Shown: piece by piece, positions 1-12,915 of the stretch
Position numbering within the stretch: position 1 is the stretch's first letter
How the letters are laid out: each line of letters opens with the position of its first letter
Origin: Mobula hypostoma
Taxonomy: Eukaryota
Length of the DNA: 64,000 nucleotides
Direction: 5' to 3'
Assembly (NCBI RefSeq): GCF_963921235.1
Contig: NC_086097.1
Span: forward strand, 198,092,001 to 198,156,000
Program-made: the position numbers and the translations under genes
Notes under the pieces: model-generated
What the model saw: the letters and a program-made list of their open reading frames with translations, nothing else
What the model was told of the DNA's origin: nothing
Databases searched by the model: none

Positions 1-3000
1 GGATAGGTTTGGGGTTTACAATGTGAAAATGAACAACAAATACGCAAAATGGCTTACACTAGAAGTGAAATGGAATTGGACATTGGCTTGGTTGTTTCCG
101 TCGTTCCACAACATGAATTTGAATGGTAGTTCAAAGATACTGAACAGAAGCCTGCAGATATCCAACTAAGAACTTATATAGGAGGAAAAAAATTCCTGTG
201 GGAATAATATTTGTAACAGTGAAATACAAAAACCAACAAGTTAATTTGAGTTTCTATGTTGTAAAAAAGGAGGACCAGCATTGTGGAGTTACGATTGGCC
301 GAGACAACTTCAACTTTATTAGAGATCCATCCACAATTTGCACGCCACATCCTCTGCAATAGAGTCAACTTAAGTGATAAGAAAGGTACTGAATGATGCC
401 ACAGCAGTGGTTAAGGATGACATTGGAAAACTCAAACATATAACGGGTAAAATAGTGTTAAATGAAAATGCCTCACTAAAGTTTTTCAAAGCCTGCCTAG
501 TTCCATATACCATCTGTGATCAAGTAGCCAGTAAGCTAGATTGCATGGGGGCAGAAGGAATTTTTCCAAGGTTGAGTGGAATCCAAGGGCAACATCAGTG
601 TCCCCAGCAGTTAAGAAGAATGGATCTGTTAGGATCTGTGGTGATTTTAAGGTTACCATCAACCCAGTACTGAAAGTAGATCAATACCCTCTGCCCAAAA
701 TAGAGGATAGTTTGCAAGTCTTTCTGGAGGGAAACACTTCAACAAAGTGAACTTACCTGAGGCCTAACTACAGATGGAGATGGTAGAAAAGTCCCGAGTG
801 CTTATCACCATAAACATTCACAAAAGGCTTTATTGAAATAACAGGCTTATTTTTCTAGCAGCATCTGCACCTGCACTCTAGCAGAAAACTATGTATCTTG
901 TGCTGCAAGAACCTGCTACCAGGTTCTCCAAAATCCCAAGACAGTGCTAAAAAGATTATGGGCTCAGTGCATTATGCAACAAGTGTGAATTCTTCAAATC
1001 AAGCATCGCTTACTGCGATCACACCATTGGCGAACAAGCTTTACACACGTGTGCTGAGAAAATTCAAGCAGGAGTGGATGCTCCAAAGCTAAAGGACATG
1101 TCACAGTTGTGGTTCCATTTAGGATTTGTCAATTATTATAACAGGGTCTTGCCAAACCTGGCTAACGTGCTCCACCTGTTGAACCCATTACTACAGATCA
1201 GGAAGAAATGGCAATGCACAAAGCAGTGTGAGTCAGCTTTCAAAACAGCAAAGGAAATAGTGATGTCAGACACTGTACTTACACATTATGATCCACATCA
1301 TCCAGTGAAGCTTGCCTGTGATGCCTCGCCTTATGATACACGTGCAGTCATGTCACATATGATGGGTGATGGAAGTGAATGCCCCATAGCATTTGCATCA
1401 TATTCCTTTACCACAGCAGAGAAAAAATGCACACAGATCGACAGGGAGGCCTTGAGTCTGGTTTGGGGTGTAAAAGATTTCAACAGTCTTGTATGGGAGA
1501 CACTTTACTCGCATTACCGATCCTCAAGCACTGGTGTCCATTTTTAATTCACAGAAGGGTATTTCACTAACAGCAGCGGCACAGATGCAGAGATGGGCTC
1601 CATTTCTTGGAGGGTAGAATTGCAAGATTGAATTCAATAGGACAGCTAATCATGCAAATGCTAATGGATGGTCCTATTTGCTCTTGGAAAAGGAAATACC
1701 TGAAAAATTTACAAAAGAGGGCACTCTTCTTGATGCATTCTCTGTGCATCATTGTGGGACGAAGGGCCTGTAATGTGCTGTAAACTTCTATGTATGTGCA
1801 GCAGAAACCATAGTTCCCTCATTCTTTGCCAGCACTGGGAATCATTGCCCTTGACGGAGGTTGCCTTATGTGGGGATTGAGAGTTGCTGTACCATCCAAG
1901 CTGAGAGCTGAAGTGTTGGGGGAGCTTGGTGTGGTCAAAATGAAAGCATTGGCTTGAAGCTTTGTGTGGTGGCCTGGGATAGATCAGCAGATCGAGCAGC
2001 TTGCCTTTCATTGTTGGGATGTCTACACGTCCTGAATAAAGGAGTCCAGAGCTGTCAGAACCATTTCTTGCAGTTCCAGAGTCATCTCCTACAACCACCT
2101 CTGAGCTGGCCCAAGAACCTAAGATTGTTTCATAGCCACAATTCTCACTTGCCAAGCACAGTGACCTCCCTTATCAGGAAAGATGTTATCTCAAAAGAGT
2201 AAGAGTTCTGGTTTAAGACGGCACTACTGGATGCATGCAACAACTCACTTGTAGTTCAAAAGACAAGAAATTTAACTGAAAGCATTATTAATAACATCTT
2301 TCCTGAAGTAAATTGTGACAAACTCTCACTGCAATCATTGAAGAAACAAGCAGAGGTGAAGCTGATTTGAAGGATGGGTCATGCGGGTGCATCGCAAAGC
2401 CAAAACGCAGCGAGTACAAGACAGTGTTGCACAGGGAGTTGGTATTGCTGTCACTGTTGGAGTGAATGACTTGGAGGAGAGTCAATGTGGAAGAGGGTCG
2501 ATGCCCATCTACCTAACCCAGGTGCCAGGCTGGATCACTCCAAGAATTAAGCCAATTTGGTGAGATCGGAAGGGAATGGCTTTGGGCTGTGCAGCCTAAG
2601 TGTGTCACTGTGGTCGGATCTGGGTCCTAGAGCGAGGCACCACTTAGTGCTTGTCGATTTAAATCCCGGTCCAAATAGACTGGAAGGCCTGAGTGTCGGG
2701 TTGATTTCGCTTGCTCTCCCATGGTGTTTCTTCCTCTAGGAAGTGATGAAGCTATGAACTGATCCGGTGGCTGTCATTTCTATGAGTTTCGTGGTGTTTT
2801 TGCCTGGCTGATATGATGACTTGAGATTGAGGCCTGGTCCTAATCCAGCTGCACTGGGGAGCAGATTTAAGGAGTCAGTCTGGCTCAGAATGCAGTTGTT
2901 TGCTTCTGTAGTCTGCATGATGTGCGAGTGTGCTTTATTCTATGCTTTGTGGCTGCCTGTCAGCAAATAAATCTCAAGCTGTATAATTTATACATTCTTT

Positions 3001-3050
3001 GATAATAAATGTACTTTGAATCTGTAGTGATTAAATCTTCAGGCCTGAAT
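1..3050 (+). mobile_element. Decayed Ty3/Gypsy pol region (protease-RT-RNaseH-integrase remnants), split by an insertion at ~2205-3022
   Basis: Protease-like MELDIG at ~70; [29 protein letters not shown] (541-750); LGFVNYY..LACDASPY..PIAFAS..QIDREAL (1074-1547); many stops and frameshifts; the pol end appears to resume after ~3025. Confidence 0.9.
2205..3022 (+). mobile_element. Non-autonomous, non-coding retroposon with Rex1-like 3' tail
   Basis: Starts AAGACGGC; ends GTATAATTTATACATTCTTTGATAATAAATGTACTTTGAA, similar to tails at ~6950-6990 and ~26160-26226; interrupts Gypsy pol. Confidence 0.6.
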
Positions 3051-3412
3051 GGGATAATTTAAAATTTACTGTGCTGTAGATATATATATAGTAGTTGTAT
3101 TGTTTAGTATACTGTGTGTATTAGTAATGGACTTATAGATATTTGGATTTCTTTCTGTAGCGGCATTTTGTTTTCTCTTGCCATTTAAATATATTCTGAT
3201 GTTGTATTCTTCCTCCAAAAGTGTTCCTCACTATCTGCTAATGTTTTTCTAACTCACCTACTCATCCATACCCATTTGTAATAGTGATAGAAGTTGACAA
3301 CAACTTACTCACCAAAGTCCTATTCATTAAGATACATCTCAGGTTTCACCAAGAGCACTCGGTTACATACCTCGTTGCTATCCTAGTCTTAGCGCTGACT
3401 AAGGATCTGAAT

Positions 3413-4280
3413 TTCAGAATCAGAATCAGGTTTAATATCACTGACATATGTTGTGAAATGTGTTGTCTTTGCTGCAGCAGTACGATGCAATATATGATCA
3501 TGGAAAAATGTGAATGCAGTAAGGATTGCATATACTGTGTATACATATAATAGCTAAATTAAATAAGTGGTGCAAAAATAAAAACAAAAAAAGTAGTAAG
3601 GTAGTGTTCATGGGTTCATTGTACATTTGGAAATTGGATGGTAGAGGGGAAAAAGCTTGTCCTGAATCGTTGAGTGTGTGCGTTTAGGCTTCTGTATCTC
3701 CTTCCTCAAGGTAGCACTGGGAACAAGGCATGACCTGGCTGATGGGTCCTTAGTAATGGATGCCGTCTTTTTGATGCATCACTGCTTGAAGATGTCCCGG
3801 ATACTATGGAGGCTAGTGCCTATGATGAAGATGACTAAGTTTACAATTTTCTGCAGCTTATTTCATTCCTGTGTAGAACCCGCACCCCCCCCATCAGACA
3901 GTGATGCAGCCAGTTAGAATGCTTTCCATGGCACATCTGCAGAAAGTTGAGAGTGTCTTTGTTGACATATCAAATTTCCTCAAATTTCTAATGAAACGTA
4001 GCTACTTACGTGCCTTCTTTGTAGCTGCATCAATACGTTGGCCCCAGGATAAACCCTCAGAGATATTGATACTCCGGAACTTGAAATTACTCAATCTTTC
4101 CATTTCTGGTCCCTTGATGAAAAATGGTGTGTGTTCCCTCATCTTACCCTTTCTGAAGTCCGCAACCAGTTCTTTAGTCTTACTGATGTTGAGTGCATAG
4201 TCTCTGCTGCAGCACCACTCAACAAGCTGATATATCTCATATATCTCACTCCTGTACACCCTCTCGTCACCATCTGAGGT
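3413..4280 (-). mobile_element. Rex1/Babar-type LINE, 5'-truncated 3' part
   Basis: ORF 4002-4334: SDGDERVYRSEI..LNISKTKELVADFRK..FKF..ISEGLSW; tail is the reverse complement of GATATTAAACCTGATTCTGATTCTGA. Confidence 0.85.
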
Positions 4281-4419
4281 AGGTTGAGAGTAACTCTCCT
4301 TGACATCAGGCAAGTGTTTGTTTGTGTGTGACATTAAGGGACTCTGGTATATCAGAAATCAATTGGCACCAAGGAAAAACTTCAATAGTGGCAGTCATAC
4401 TCACACAAATGAAGATAGC

Positions 4420-4920
4420 TGTGATTGTTGGATTCAGTCATGTGAATCCCAGGATATCAATGCAAGAGCACTGTGTTCTATGTGCAAACATCATCAACTT
4501 CTTTATTGATGACCTTTCTTCCATTTTAAGTCACCAGTGAGGATGCTTGCAGCTGACTCTTCATTTTCAATTCCATTTGCAACCATGTTTATTCGCAGCA
4601 AGGCATAAACACACTTGAGTATGGGCTGAAGTAACAAGTGTTATTTGTACTGCATGAGGACCAGACAATGCCCGTCTCCAACAAGAGAACTTAATCATCC
4701 AGCTTTGAAATTCAATGGCACCAGTGTGTCAAACCTCCAGCATCAATGTCCTCGAAGGTACCGTTCACCAGAACCTCATCTAGGTAACATAAATACTGCG
4801 ATAATGAGGGCAGTTATAGATTGGTATTCACCTCTCAACATCCAAAAGAACGTATTTCCATCAGCTACAAGTTGAATTGAATAGTTGTCATTTATTTGGA
4901 TGATTGCAACTTAAGAAATC
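4420..4920 (+). mobile_element. Very old CR1/L2-clade RT fragment
   Basis: QEHCVLCANIINFFIDDLSSILS resembles the QGSVLGP..F..FINDL motif; heavily degraded. Confidence 0.45.
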
Positions 4921-5140
4921 AACCCACTCTTATACTCTAAAAATTAATTCCCTACATCACTGGAACACTGTGACTGCAGTGTGTACTATCTACAGAATGC
5001 AATGCAGTTAATCCCGTAATCTATTCTGACAACACTTTATAACCCAGGAAAAGGAAATGTAAGTCAGCAAGTGCACAAGAATACCACTATCTGCATGCTC
5101 CCTCCTTAAGTTGTGCACCAACTTAAATAAGATAACCAAT

Positions 5141-5366
5141 CACAAACAGGAGAAAATCTGCAGATGCTGGAAATCCAAGCAACACGCACAAAATGCTGGA
5201 GGAACTCAGCAGGCCAGGCAGCATCTATGGAAAAGTGTACAGTTGAAGTTTCGGGCCTAGACCATTCAGCAGTCCTGCTGAAGGGTCTCGGCCTGAAACG
5301 TTGACTGTTCGTTTCCACGGATGCTGCTTGACCTGTTGAGTTCCTCCAGGGTGTAGTGCGTGTTGG
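5141..5366. mobile_element. Inverted pair of Penelope-like 3' ends with two degenerate hammerhead motifs
   Basis: Arms ~5175-5270 and ~5270-5365 are reverse-complementary; CAGTC-CTGCTGA-AGGGTCTCGGCCT-GAAA-CGTT-GACTG at 5270-5307. Confidence 0.8.
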
Positions 5367-5825
5367 CCGAACTTCAATGATATGCCAATGCCAAGAAGGA
5401 GGAAGTGTTAGGCCTTTTGAAAAACATTAGGATAGATACGTCCCTAGAGTCTGATTGGATCTATCCCAGGTTGTTCAGAGAGCTGTGAAAGAGGAATGCT
5501 GGGACCTTGAAAGATATCTTTGTATCATCTTTATCCACAGGCATGATCCCAAAGGACTGGAGAATAGCTAATGTTATTCCATTGTTTAATGAGCACATTA
5601 GGACGGTGAGCATTGGTTTACTGGTAGGGAAATTATGGAGAAGACTCTTTTTGGAATAAGATTTATTCACATTGGATAAACACACTTATTCAAGATAGCC
5701 AGCATGGCCTTGTAAGGGGGAGCTCATGTTTCATGAACTTGGTTGAGCTTTGTGAGAGGTGATAAAGATGATATATTAGAGTAGGGCAGTGAATGTTGTT
5801 TACACGGGTCTTAGTAAAGCAATAA

Positions 5826-6378
5826 ACTTGGAGTACTGTACTCACTTCTGGTCGCCTCACTACAGGAAGGATGTGAAAACCATAGAAAGGTGCAGAAGAG
5901 ATTTACAAGGATGTTGTCTGGATTGAGGAACATGACTTATGAAGATAGGTTGAGTGAACTTGGCCCTTTCTCCTTGGAGTGTTGGAGGATGAGAGATGAC
6001 CTGATAGAGGTGTATAAGATGATGAGAGGCATTGATCATGTGGATAGTCAGAGGCTTTTTCCCAGGGCTGAAATGGCTGCCACAAGAGGGCACAGGTTTA
6101 AGGTGCTTGGAAGTAGATGTCTACAGAGGAGATGTCAGGTGTAAGTTTTTTTATGCAGAGACTGGTGAGTGCGTGGAATGAGCTGCCAGCAACGGCGGTG
6201 GAGGTGGATACAACAGGGTCTTTTAAGAGACTTTTGGATAGGTACATGGAGCTTAGGAAAAATAGAGGGCTATAGGTAACCCTAGTAATTTCTAAGGTAG
6301 GGACATGTTCGGCACAACCTTGTGGGCTGAAGGGCCTGTATTGTGCTGTAGGTTTTCTATGTTTCTATGTTTTTATGT
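5826..6378 (+). mobile_element. Younger CR1 3' end nested in older CR1
   Basis: QKRFTRML..DLIEVYKMMRGID..TRGHRFKV; (GTTTCTAT)n-type tail at ~6352-6377; same subfamily as 48451-49990. Confidence 0.9.
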
Positions 6379-6784
6379 CCTTTATGATAGGCTAATCTAG
6401 AAAATTAAGGAATTTTGGATCTATAGTGACCTTTTGGATTAGATTCAAATGTGACTTGGCTAGAGACTAGTGGTTCTATTCTGATTGGAGGTCTGTGACT
6501 AGTGGTGTTCTGTTGTGATCAGTGCTGGGACCATCAGGTGAGCTGATTTGTAAGTCTGCAGACAACATAAGAATTAGTGGAGTTGTGAATAGTGAAGAAC
6601 TTTGTTAAAGGATACAGCAGGAAATACATCATTTGAAAAGTGGATGCGAGAAATTGAAGATGGAAATTAGTCCAGACAAGTGTGAGATATTACACTTTGT
6701 GAGGTCAGATGTAAGGGGAAAGTATACAGTAAATGTAAGGATCCTGAGGAGCATTGATGTACAAGGGAATCCTGGAGTCCAAGC

Positions 6785-6990
6785 CCTACTCTGGCTGCTC
6801 AGCGATCAGATCTAGGACACAGTCTTGCTTCTATTGTTTGCACAATGTGTTTGTTTTTTCTCTCTTTCTCTGCAAAGTGGTTTTTGGTCATTTCAAAAAC
6901 AGGGTTATTCAAGTTCCTTGCTTTGTGACTGTCTATAAGTAGACAGAGTTCAAGGTGTATAATTTATACATTCTTCGATAGTAATAATCT
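6785..6990 (+). mobile_element. 3' fragment of the Rex-tail non-autonomous retroposon
   Basis: Ends CAAGGTGTATAATTTATACATTCTTCGATA, matching the tail of 2205-3022. Confidence 0.55.
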
Positions 6991-7659
6991 TTGTACAGAT
7001 TCCTAAAAGTGGCAACGCAAGTAGATGGGACGGTAAAGAAAACAAAGTATTCATTGATCAAAGCACAGAGTATAAAATTTGGGAAGTCAGGTTGCAGTTG
7101 TATAGAACTTGGTTAGGCCACGTTTGGAGTTTTGTTTGCTACATTATGGAAAGCACGTGGAGACATTGGAGAGGGTGCAGCAGAATTTCCAAGGATGTGA
7201 ACTGAATTGAAGTGCATTAGCTATATGGGCAAACTTGGATTTTTTCCCCTGAGTTGCGGAGACTCAGGAGTGACCTGATAGAAGTATGTACAATTATGAA
7301 AGGCATACATAGGGTAAATCATCAGGGTCTATTTCTAAATGTGTAAATGCCAAATACGAGAGGGCACAGGTTAAAGGTGAGAGAGGTTGAAGTTAATGGA
7401 GATTTACAAGGCAAGTATCTTACACAGAGAGTGGCAGGTAACTGCAATGTGCTGTCAGGGGAGGTGGAAGCAGAATTGATAATGGCATTTAAGAAGCAGT
7501 TAGACAGGAACATGAACTTGCAGGAATGGTGGGGTGTTAAACTGTCATTAAGAATGAAGCGACACCAATACATGTATTCCAGTGAGGAATCTTCAGTCTG
7601 ATTGGTTTTAGAGTCTCACAGATGATAGAAAGAACATAACTTGGGGGGGGGGGGAGCAA

Positions 7660-8013
7660 TTTCATTGAAACCTTTTGAATTTTGGAAGATGTGGAAAGAA
7701 TGTTTCCCGTGGTGGGGGAGTCTAGGACAAGAGGGCACACCCTCAGGATAGAGGGGCTCCTTTTACAACAGATGAGGAGGAATTTCTTTAGCCAGAAGGT
7801 GATGAATTTGTGGATTTTGTTACCACAGGCAGCAGTGGAGGCCAGGTTGTTGGTGTATTTAAGGCAGAGCTTGATAGGACACGGCACCAAAGGTTATGGG
7901 GAGAAAGCTGGGGAGTGGGGGGGGGGGAGAAAATGATCAGTCATGACTGAATGGCGGAGCAGACTCAATGGGCCAAATGGTCTAATTCTGCTCCTATGTC
8001 TTATGGTTATGGT
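7660..8013 (+). mobile_element. CR1 3' end
   Basis: ERMFPVVGESRTRGHTLRI..RRNFFSQKVMNLW; tail CTAATTCTGCTCCTATGTCTTATGGTTATGGT. Confidence 0.9.
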
Positions 8014-8976
8014 TAACTCTAGATTACACAGTGGATTTGAATAAGTCTAAATTGAAAAGCCTTTGAAAATATTGCAGCTGATAAATTGATGAACAACAAG
8101 CACAATATTTTTGTGCATCCAGACTATTATTTCATTTACTGTTGTGGACAAGTTGCCTAGAAAATAACAGCGTTTAAGCATCAAATAATAATTTATTGGC
8201 TCTGAAAAAAGTTGAGATCTCCCAAGGAAGTTAAGACACAAGATCTTTGCAGGTTTGTTCTTTCTTTTGGGACATTAGCAACAAGAATATAGACCAAGAA
8301 TGGGTACAGATGAAGGAGATAAAACCCACAATGGAGAATGAGGGATGACAGACTGACAGCCTGAGAGGAAACTTTGTCTTCACTTTTCCACAGAGATGTT
8401 GAACTGAGGGATTACTGAACCAATAGAGATTAATGCACAAAGCAAACTGTTTTAGTGTGGATAAATAAATAGCAAAAACAGTTCTATTTAAAAGGAAGGG
8501 AAAAGAAACTCCAAATGCTAGAACCTAGAACAAAAAAAAAGAACATTTGAAGAATTCAGCAGTCAAGAAAGTGCAAGAAATTCTGATACAGGACCTCAGT
8601 CTGAAACATCGACTTACACCTCTTGCCTCCAAAAATGCTGCTTGATAACCATTAGATTCTTTTTTCTCTATAAATGGAAAATTGTCCAGAATTTGGGTTA
8701 TATTTGAAATAGAGTGGTGGTTGGAAATTATCTACTCCAGAGACCATTACTTGGTCCAGTGTTTGACATTTATAAATTAATATCAAGTATCTTTGAATTG
8801 ACCATGTTCTTAAAGGAGAACCTGAAAACTGCAGTCAACAATGGCAATGATATTAGGGGGGATTCCTTGATTCCTCTGTGGAAATAATTTTTGGGTAGTA
8901 TACCTAATCACCTGTTCTAACTGGAAAAATTAGTTTGAGTCAAAAATAAGAACTGTAGCAAAAAGATGATGATTTT

Positions 8977-9132
8977 TAGGGCCTCTGCTCCTTCCCTCTA
9001 CAGTCCTGATGAAGGATTCCGGCCCAAAACGTCGACTGATCTTTTCCACAGATGCTGCCCGACCTGCTGAGTTCCTCCATCGTGTTGTGAGTGTTGCTTT
9101 GACCCCAGCATCTGCAGATTATTTTGTGCTAG
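8977..9132 (+). mobile_element. Short Penelope-like 3' end with hammerhead motif and 14-bp TSD
   Basis: AAGATGATGATTTT at 8963-8976 and 9133-9146; motif CAGTC-CTGATGA-AGGATTCCGGCCC-AAAA-CGTC-GACTG at 9001-9038 (GAAA mutated to AAAA). Confidence 0.85.
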
Positions 9133-10029
9133 AAGATGATGATTTTGTCTAGTGATAAACATTGAATGGGTAATTAGCAAGTTAACTGCCTATTTTCAAC
9201 ATTTTCAAATTTATTCTCAAGCATGTGGTTGTTTGGTTATCAAACATTTTTTTGTTCAAGGATAAAATGTAAACCTGGGCCTCCACCCCTCCTTGGACTG
9301 GCATACAAAGAAGGTAAAGAATTGGAATTTGTAATACCAAGTCAACAAGTCAATTTTGACAAAATAATCTTTCAGAAACGGATCTTGAAATGTGAAATCA
9401 GCATGGTGCAGGGCCATTATTTCCTTCATTTTATATAGCTACCACCCCAATTGCAGCAGTAACAGCTGTGACTAATGGCTTAGCGACAGGTACTGATTAG
9501 ATCACCGCTGAATCAATAAACTACTTTGATTGGTTACCACATTGAAAATCTTTTGAAATTTTCATTTAGGTATACAGAAATATCTGAAAGTCAAAATGAA
9601 AGTCTAGTGATTGTTTAGGTTTGATTTAATTCATGTTTTTGGTAGTTTTGTTTTCCCCTTTTGTAAAAATAAGAAATATTTGAAGATTCTTCATATTGTG
9701 ATGATACATCAAAGCAAGCATATGAGAGCTGTCATTCAAATGATCATTTTACTTTTTCCAGGTAAGGTTTGAAAACAAATGTATAAAAATAATTTGCACT
9801 TTATAGACATCAAATCCCACTATGATTATTCAGTTTCAATTTATGAACTCCTAGTTATCAATTAAGAAAGTAATTTAATTACAATCTGAATTAAATAATG
9901 AGAGAAATCTTGTTATCTGAGACAGTGGGAAAAATTTTAATGTTGATGAGCTCATTGATAAGGGAATAAAATTAACAAAAATGTGAATGAATCATTTGGG
10001 AAGTTATTGCTTCAAGAGATGTGGATTGC

Positions 10030-10150
10030 TACACCTGGAGGAAACCCGCGTGGTCACGGGGAGAACATACAAACTCCTTACAAGCTGTGGTGGGAATTGA
10101 AACCTGATCTTGTAGCTCGTGTTCCAATAGCATTATGCTACTCTCTTGCT
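10030..10150 (-). mobile_element. V-SINE (HE1-like) 5' fragment
   Basis: Reverse complement of the head and V-domain seen at 57813-58100 (GGAGGAAACCC..GGTCACGGGGAGAAC..AAACTCCTTACA). Confidence 0.75.
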
Positions 10151-12154
10151 CTGTGGTAACCGAACAATATATCATTTGGGGAGGACCTGTGAGTGTGAAT
10201 TGATGCAGATTATGGGAAGCAACATCTTCAATACAGAGTGTATTGAAAATTAGAATTGCCTCAGTTTATCTGAATAACAATCTTTAAAGTGAAGGTAGAT
10301 ATCAGAAGCTCCCTAGGAGAATAGCTACTGTATGCTGGACTTGAGGGCTATGGTCCAGGCAGTCATTAGTGACTCTAAATCAACTGGGAATACTTGTGAA
10401 TCACAAAGGCTTTTCATGTCCTCAGACTGGCCGATAAACACTTGGGTTGAAAAGAATGAAATTTACAGAGTTTTTATTGGTCATTCAGAATAGAGATGAG
10501 AAGAAATTTCTACATTCAGAAGATAGGCAATTTTAGAAATTATCTAATAGAAGGGCTGTGCAAGATAGGGAATGATAAATTGTAGAAATTGAGAGTATCA
10601 AAGGAAAGAGGAGTGCAGGAAGTTGGAATTGGTGTAAAAGGTCAGACATGTTCTTACTGAGTAATGGAGCAACCACGAAAGACTGCAGACCATAAGACAT
10701 TGGAGCAGAATTAGCCCAATTGGCCCATTCACCACCCTCTGGCTAAACAAATCCCACCTCATGTTTATTCTAAAGGGATGTTCTTCTATTCTGAGTCTGT
10801 GCCCTCTGGTTCCAGACTCCCTCACTATTTGAAACATCCTCTGCATGTCCATTCTATTTAGGTCATTCAATATTTGGTAGGTTTCCCTCAGCTCCCCACT
10901 CATTCTTCTAAACTCCAGTGACCACAGGCCCAGAGCCATCAAACGATCCTTATAATCAACTCTTTCATTCCCAGAATCATTCTCATAAACCTCCTCTGGA
11001 CCCTCTTTTATGCCATCACCCAATTTCTTAGATATGGGACCCAAAACTACTCACAAAACTCCAAATGCATCTGACTGATGCCTTATAAAGTATCAGCATT
11101 ACATCCTTGTTTTTATAGTTTAGTCCTTTCAATAAGAATTCCTTTCCACGAACTCAACCTGCAAGTTAACCTTTAGGAACTCCAGCACTAGGATTCCAAA
11201 GTCTCTTTGCACTTGGTATTTCTGAATTTCATCTCCTTTTAGAAAATCGACTGCACCTTTATGCCTTCTGCAAAAGTGCATGACTATATACTTCCCTACA
11301 CTGTATTCCACCTGCCACTTCTTCATCAATTCCCCTGCTCTGTCCATCTGCAGACTTACTGCTTTCTCAATACTGCCTGTCCCTTCACCTATCTTTGTAT
11401 CATCCACAAACTTCACCACAAAGCCATCAATTTCATCATCCAGATCACTAACATATAAAGTGAAAAGTAACGGACCCAACACAGAGCCCTACAATCACCA
11501 ATAGGTACTGGCAACTAACCAGAAAAGACCCCTTTCATTCCCACTCTTTGCCTCCTGCCAGTCAACCAAACCTCTGTCCATGCCAGTATTATTCCTGTAA
11601 TATTAATGACTTTTATCATGTTTAGCAACCTCATGTGCAGTGCTTATTAAAAGACCTTCTGAAACTTCCAAGTAAACAACATTCACTGACTCTCCTTTGT
11701 CTATCTTGCCTGTTATTTGCTCAATAAATTTCAACCAATTTGTCAGGCAACATTTCCTATTAATGAAACCATCCAGACTTTGGTCTATTTTAATAATGTA
11801 CAGTACCTCCAAGTGACTCAAAACCTCATCCTTAATAATGGACTCTAATATTTTACCAACTACTTGAGTCAGGGAAACTGTCCTATAATTTCCTGTCTTG
11901 CTTCCCTCCCTTCTTAAAGAGTTGAGTGATCTTTGCCATTTTCCGGTCCTGTGGAACCATTTCAAAATCTAATGATTCTTAAATCATCACTACCAAAGCC
12001 TCCACAAACTCTAGCTGCCTCTTTCAGAACCCTGTGATGTGTCCATCTGGTCCAGGTGACTTCTCTATTGTACCTTTAGATCTTTCAGCTTCACAAGCGT
12101 CTTCTCCTTAGTACAAGCAGCTACACTCACTTCTACTCCCGACACTCGAATTTC

Positions 12155-12915
12155 TCAAGTTCAAACTTAAATGCCACTCAGCAATACACACAAATACAGC
12201 CAAATGAAACGGTGTTCTACCAGGACACAGAATGAACAGCACATAGCATCGGGCACAGCACATATAGTTACGATAACAGAAAAACATACTGTCACAAAAC
12301 AAATGTAGCTGAAGTTCTTGAGTCATGGCCTTTAGGTTTATGGTGCACGGGATGTTGTCCTGGTCCAGCTGTCTTCCATCAAGTGAACACTGAAGAGCAG
12401 GACTGACAGTGAGGGTGGGTGTGGGGGGTGTATTGTCGTCGCTAAACCAGTCCATATTCCAGCAGAGGCCTCTCTTCCACACTGCCTCTTGCTTCGTCCC
12501 ATCTGGGCGGTTGCAGCATATGAAATCCTAGCATGAGGATCTGGTCTGTGCAACAACAGAGGCAGCACAGCGCCCCCGCAATCAGTCTTTGCCAATGAGT
12601 TAGTGAACCAGACAAGCAATATTCCACATCACCAATGTCCAACAGGGTCTTGTGATAACAATAAAAATGTCCAAGACAATCACTTGCAACACTTGTTGGA
12701 CCACGCATCGCTTCCACACAACAAAGGTGTACAACAAGAGGTGACAACCCACAGTACGCAAATCCAGCTCCATCGCTATCTAGCAGGTCACTGATGGAGT
12801 AGACGGTAGCACTTGGTGTAGCAGTATCCTGCGATCAAAGAAGGGGTAAAGCATGTACAGTTACATCTTTAGTTGGATCCAGAGAGGCTGCTGTGACCAT
12901 GCATACCGCCGTTTT
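12155..12915 (-). mobile_element. Internally deleted Rex1-like non-autonomous element
   Basis: 5' AAAACGGCGG start; remnant GRSKRQCGREASAGIWTGL..PPSLSVLLFSVHLMED resembles the Rex1 endonuclease N-terminus; 3' tail ..AAGTTTGAACTTGA; degenerate flanking repeat ACTCGAATTTC/ACCCGAACATC. Confidence 0.55.

Larger units (their letters stand above)
5445..7535 (+). mobile_element. Old CR1 LINE ORF2 remnant, interrupted at ~5826-6378 and ~6785-6990
   Basis: PKDWRIANVIPLF, SQHG, MEISPDKCEILHF and TRGHRLKV motifs in colinear order. Confidence 0.85.

Noticed and set aside
5141..5366. MITE/DNA transposon
   Set aside because: The same arms occur singly with variable 5' ends and long TSDs, which indicates retroposition.
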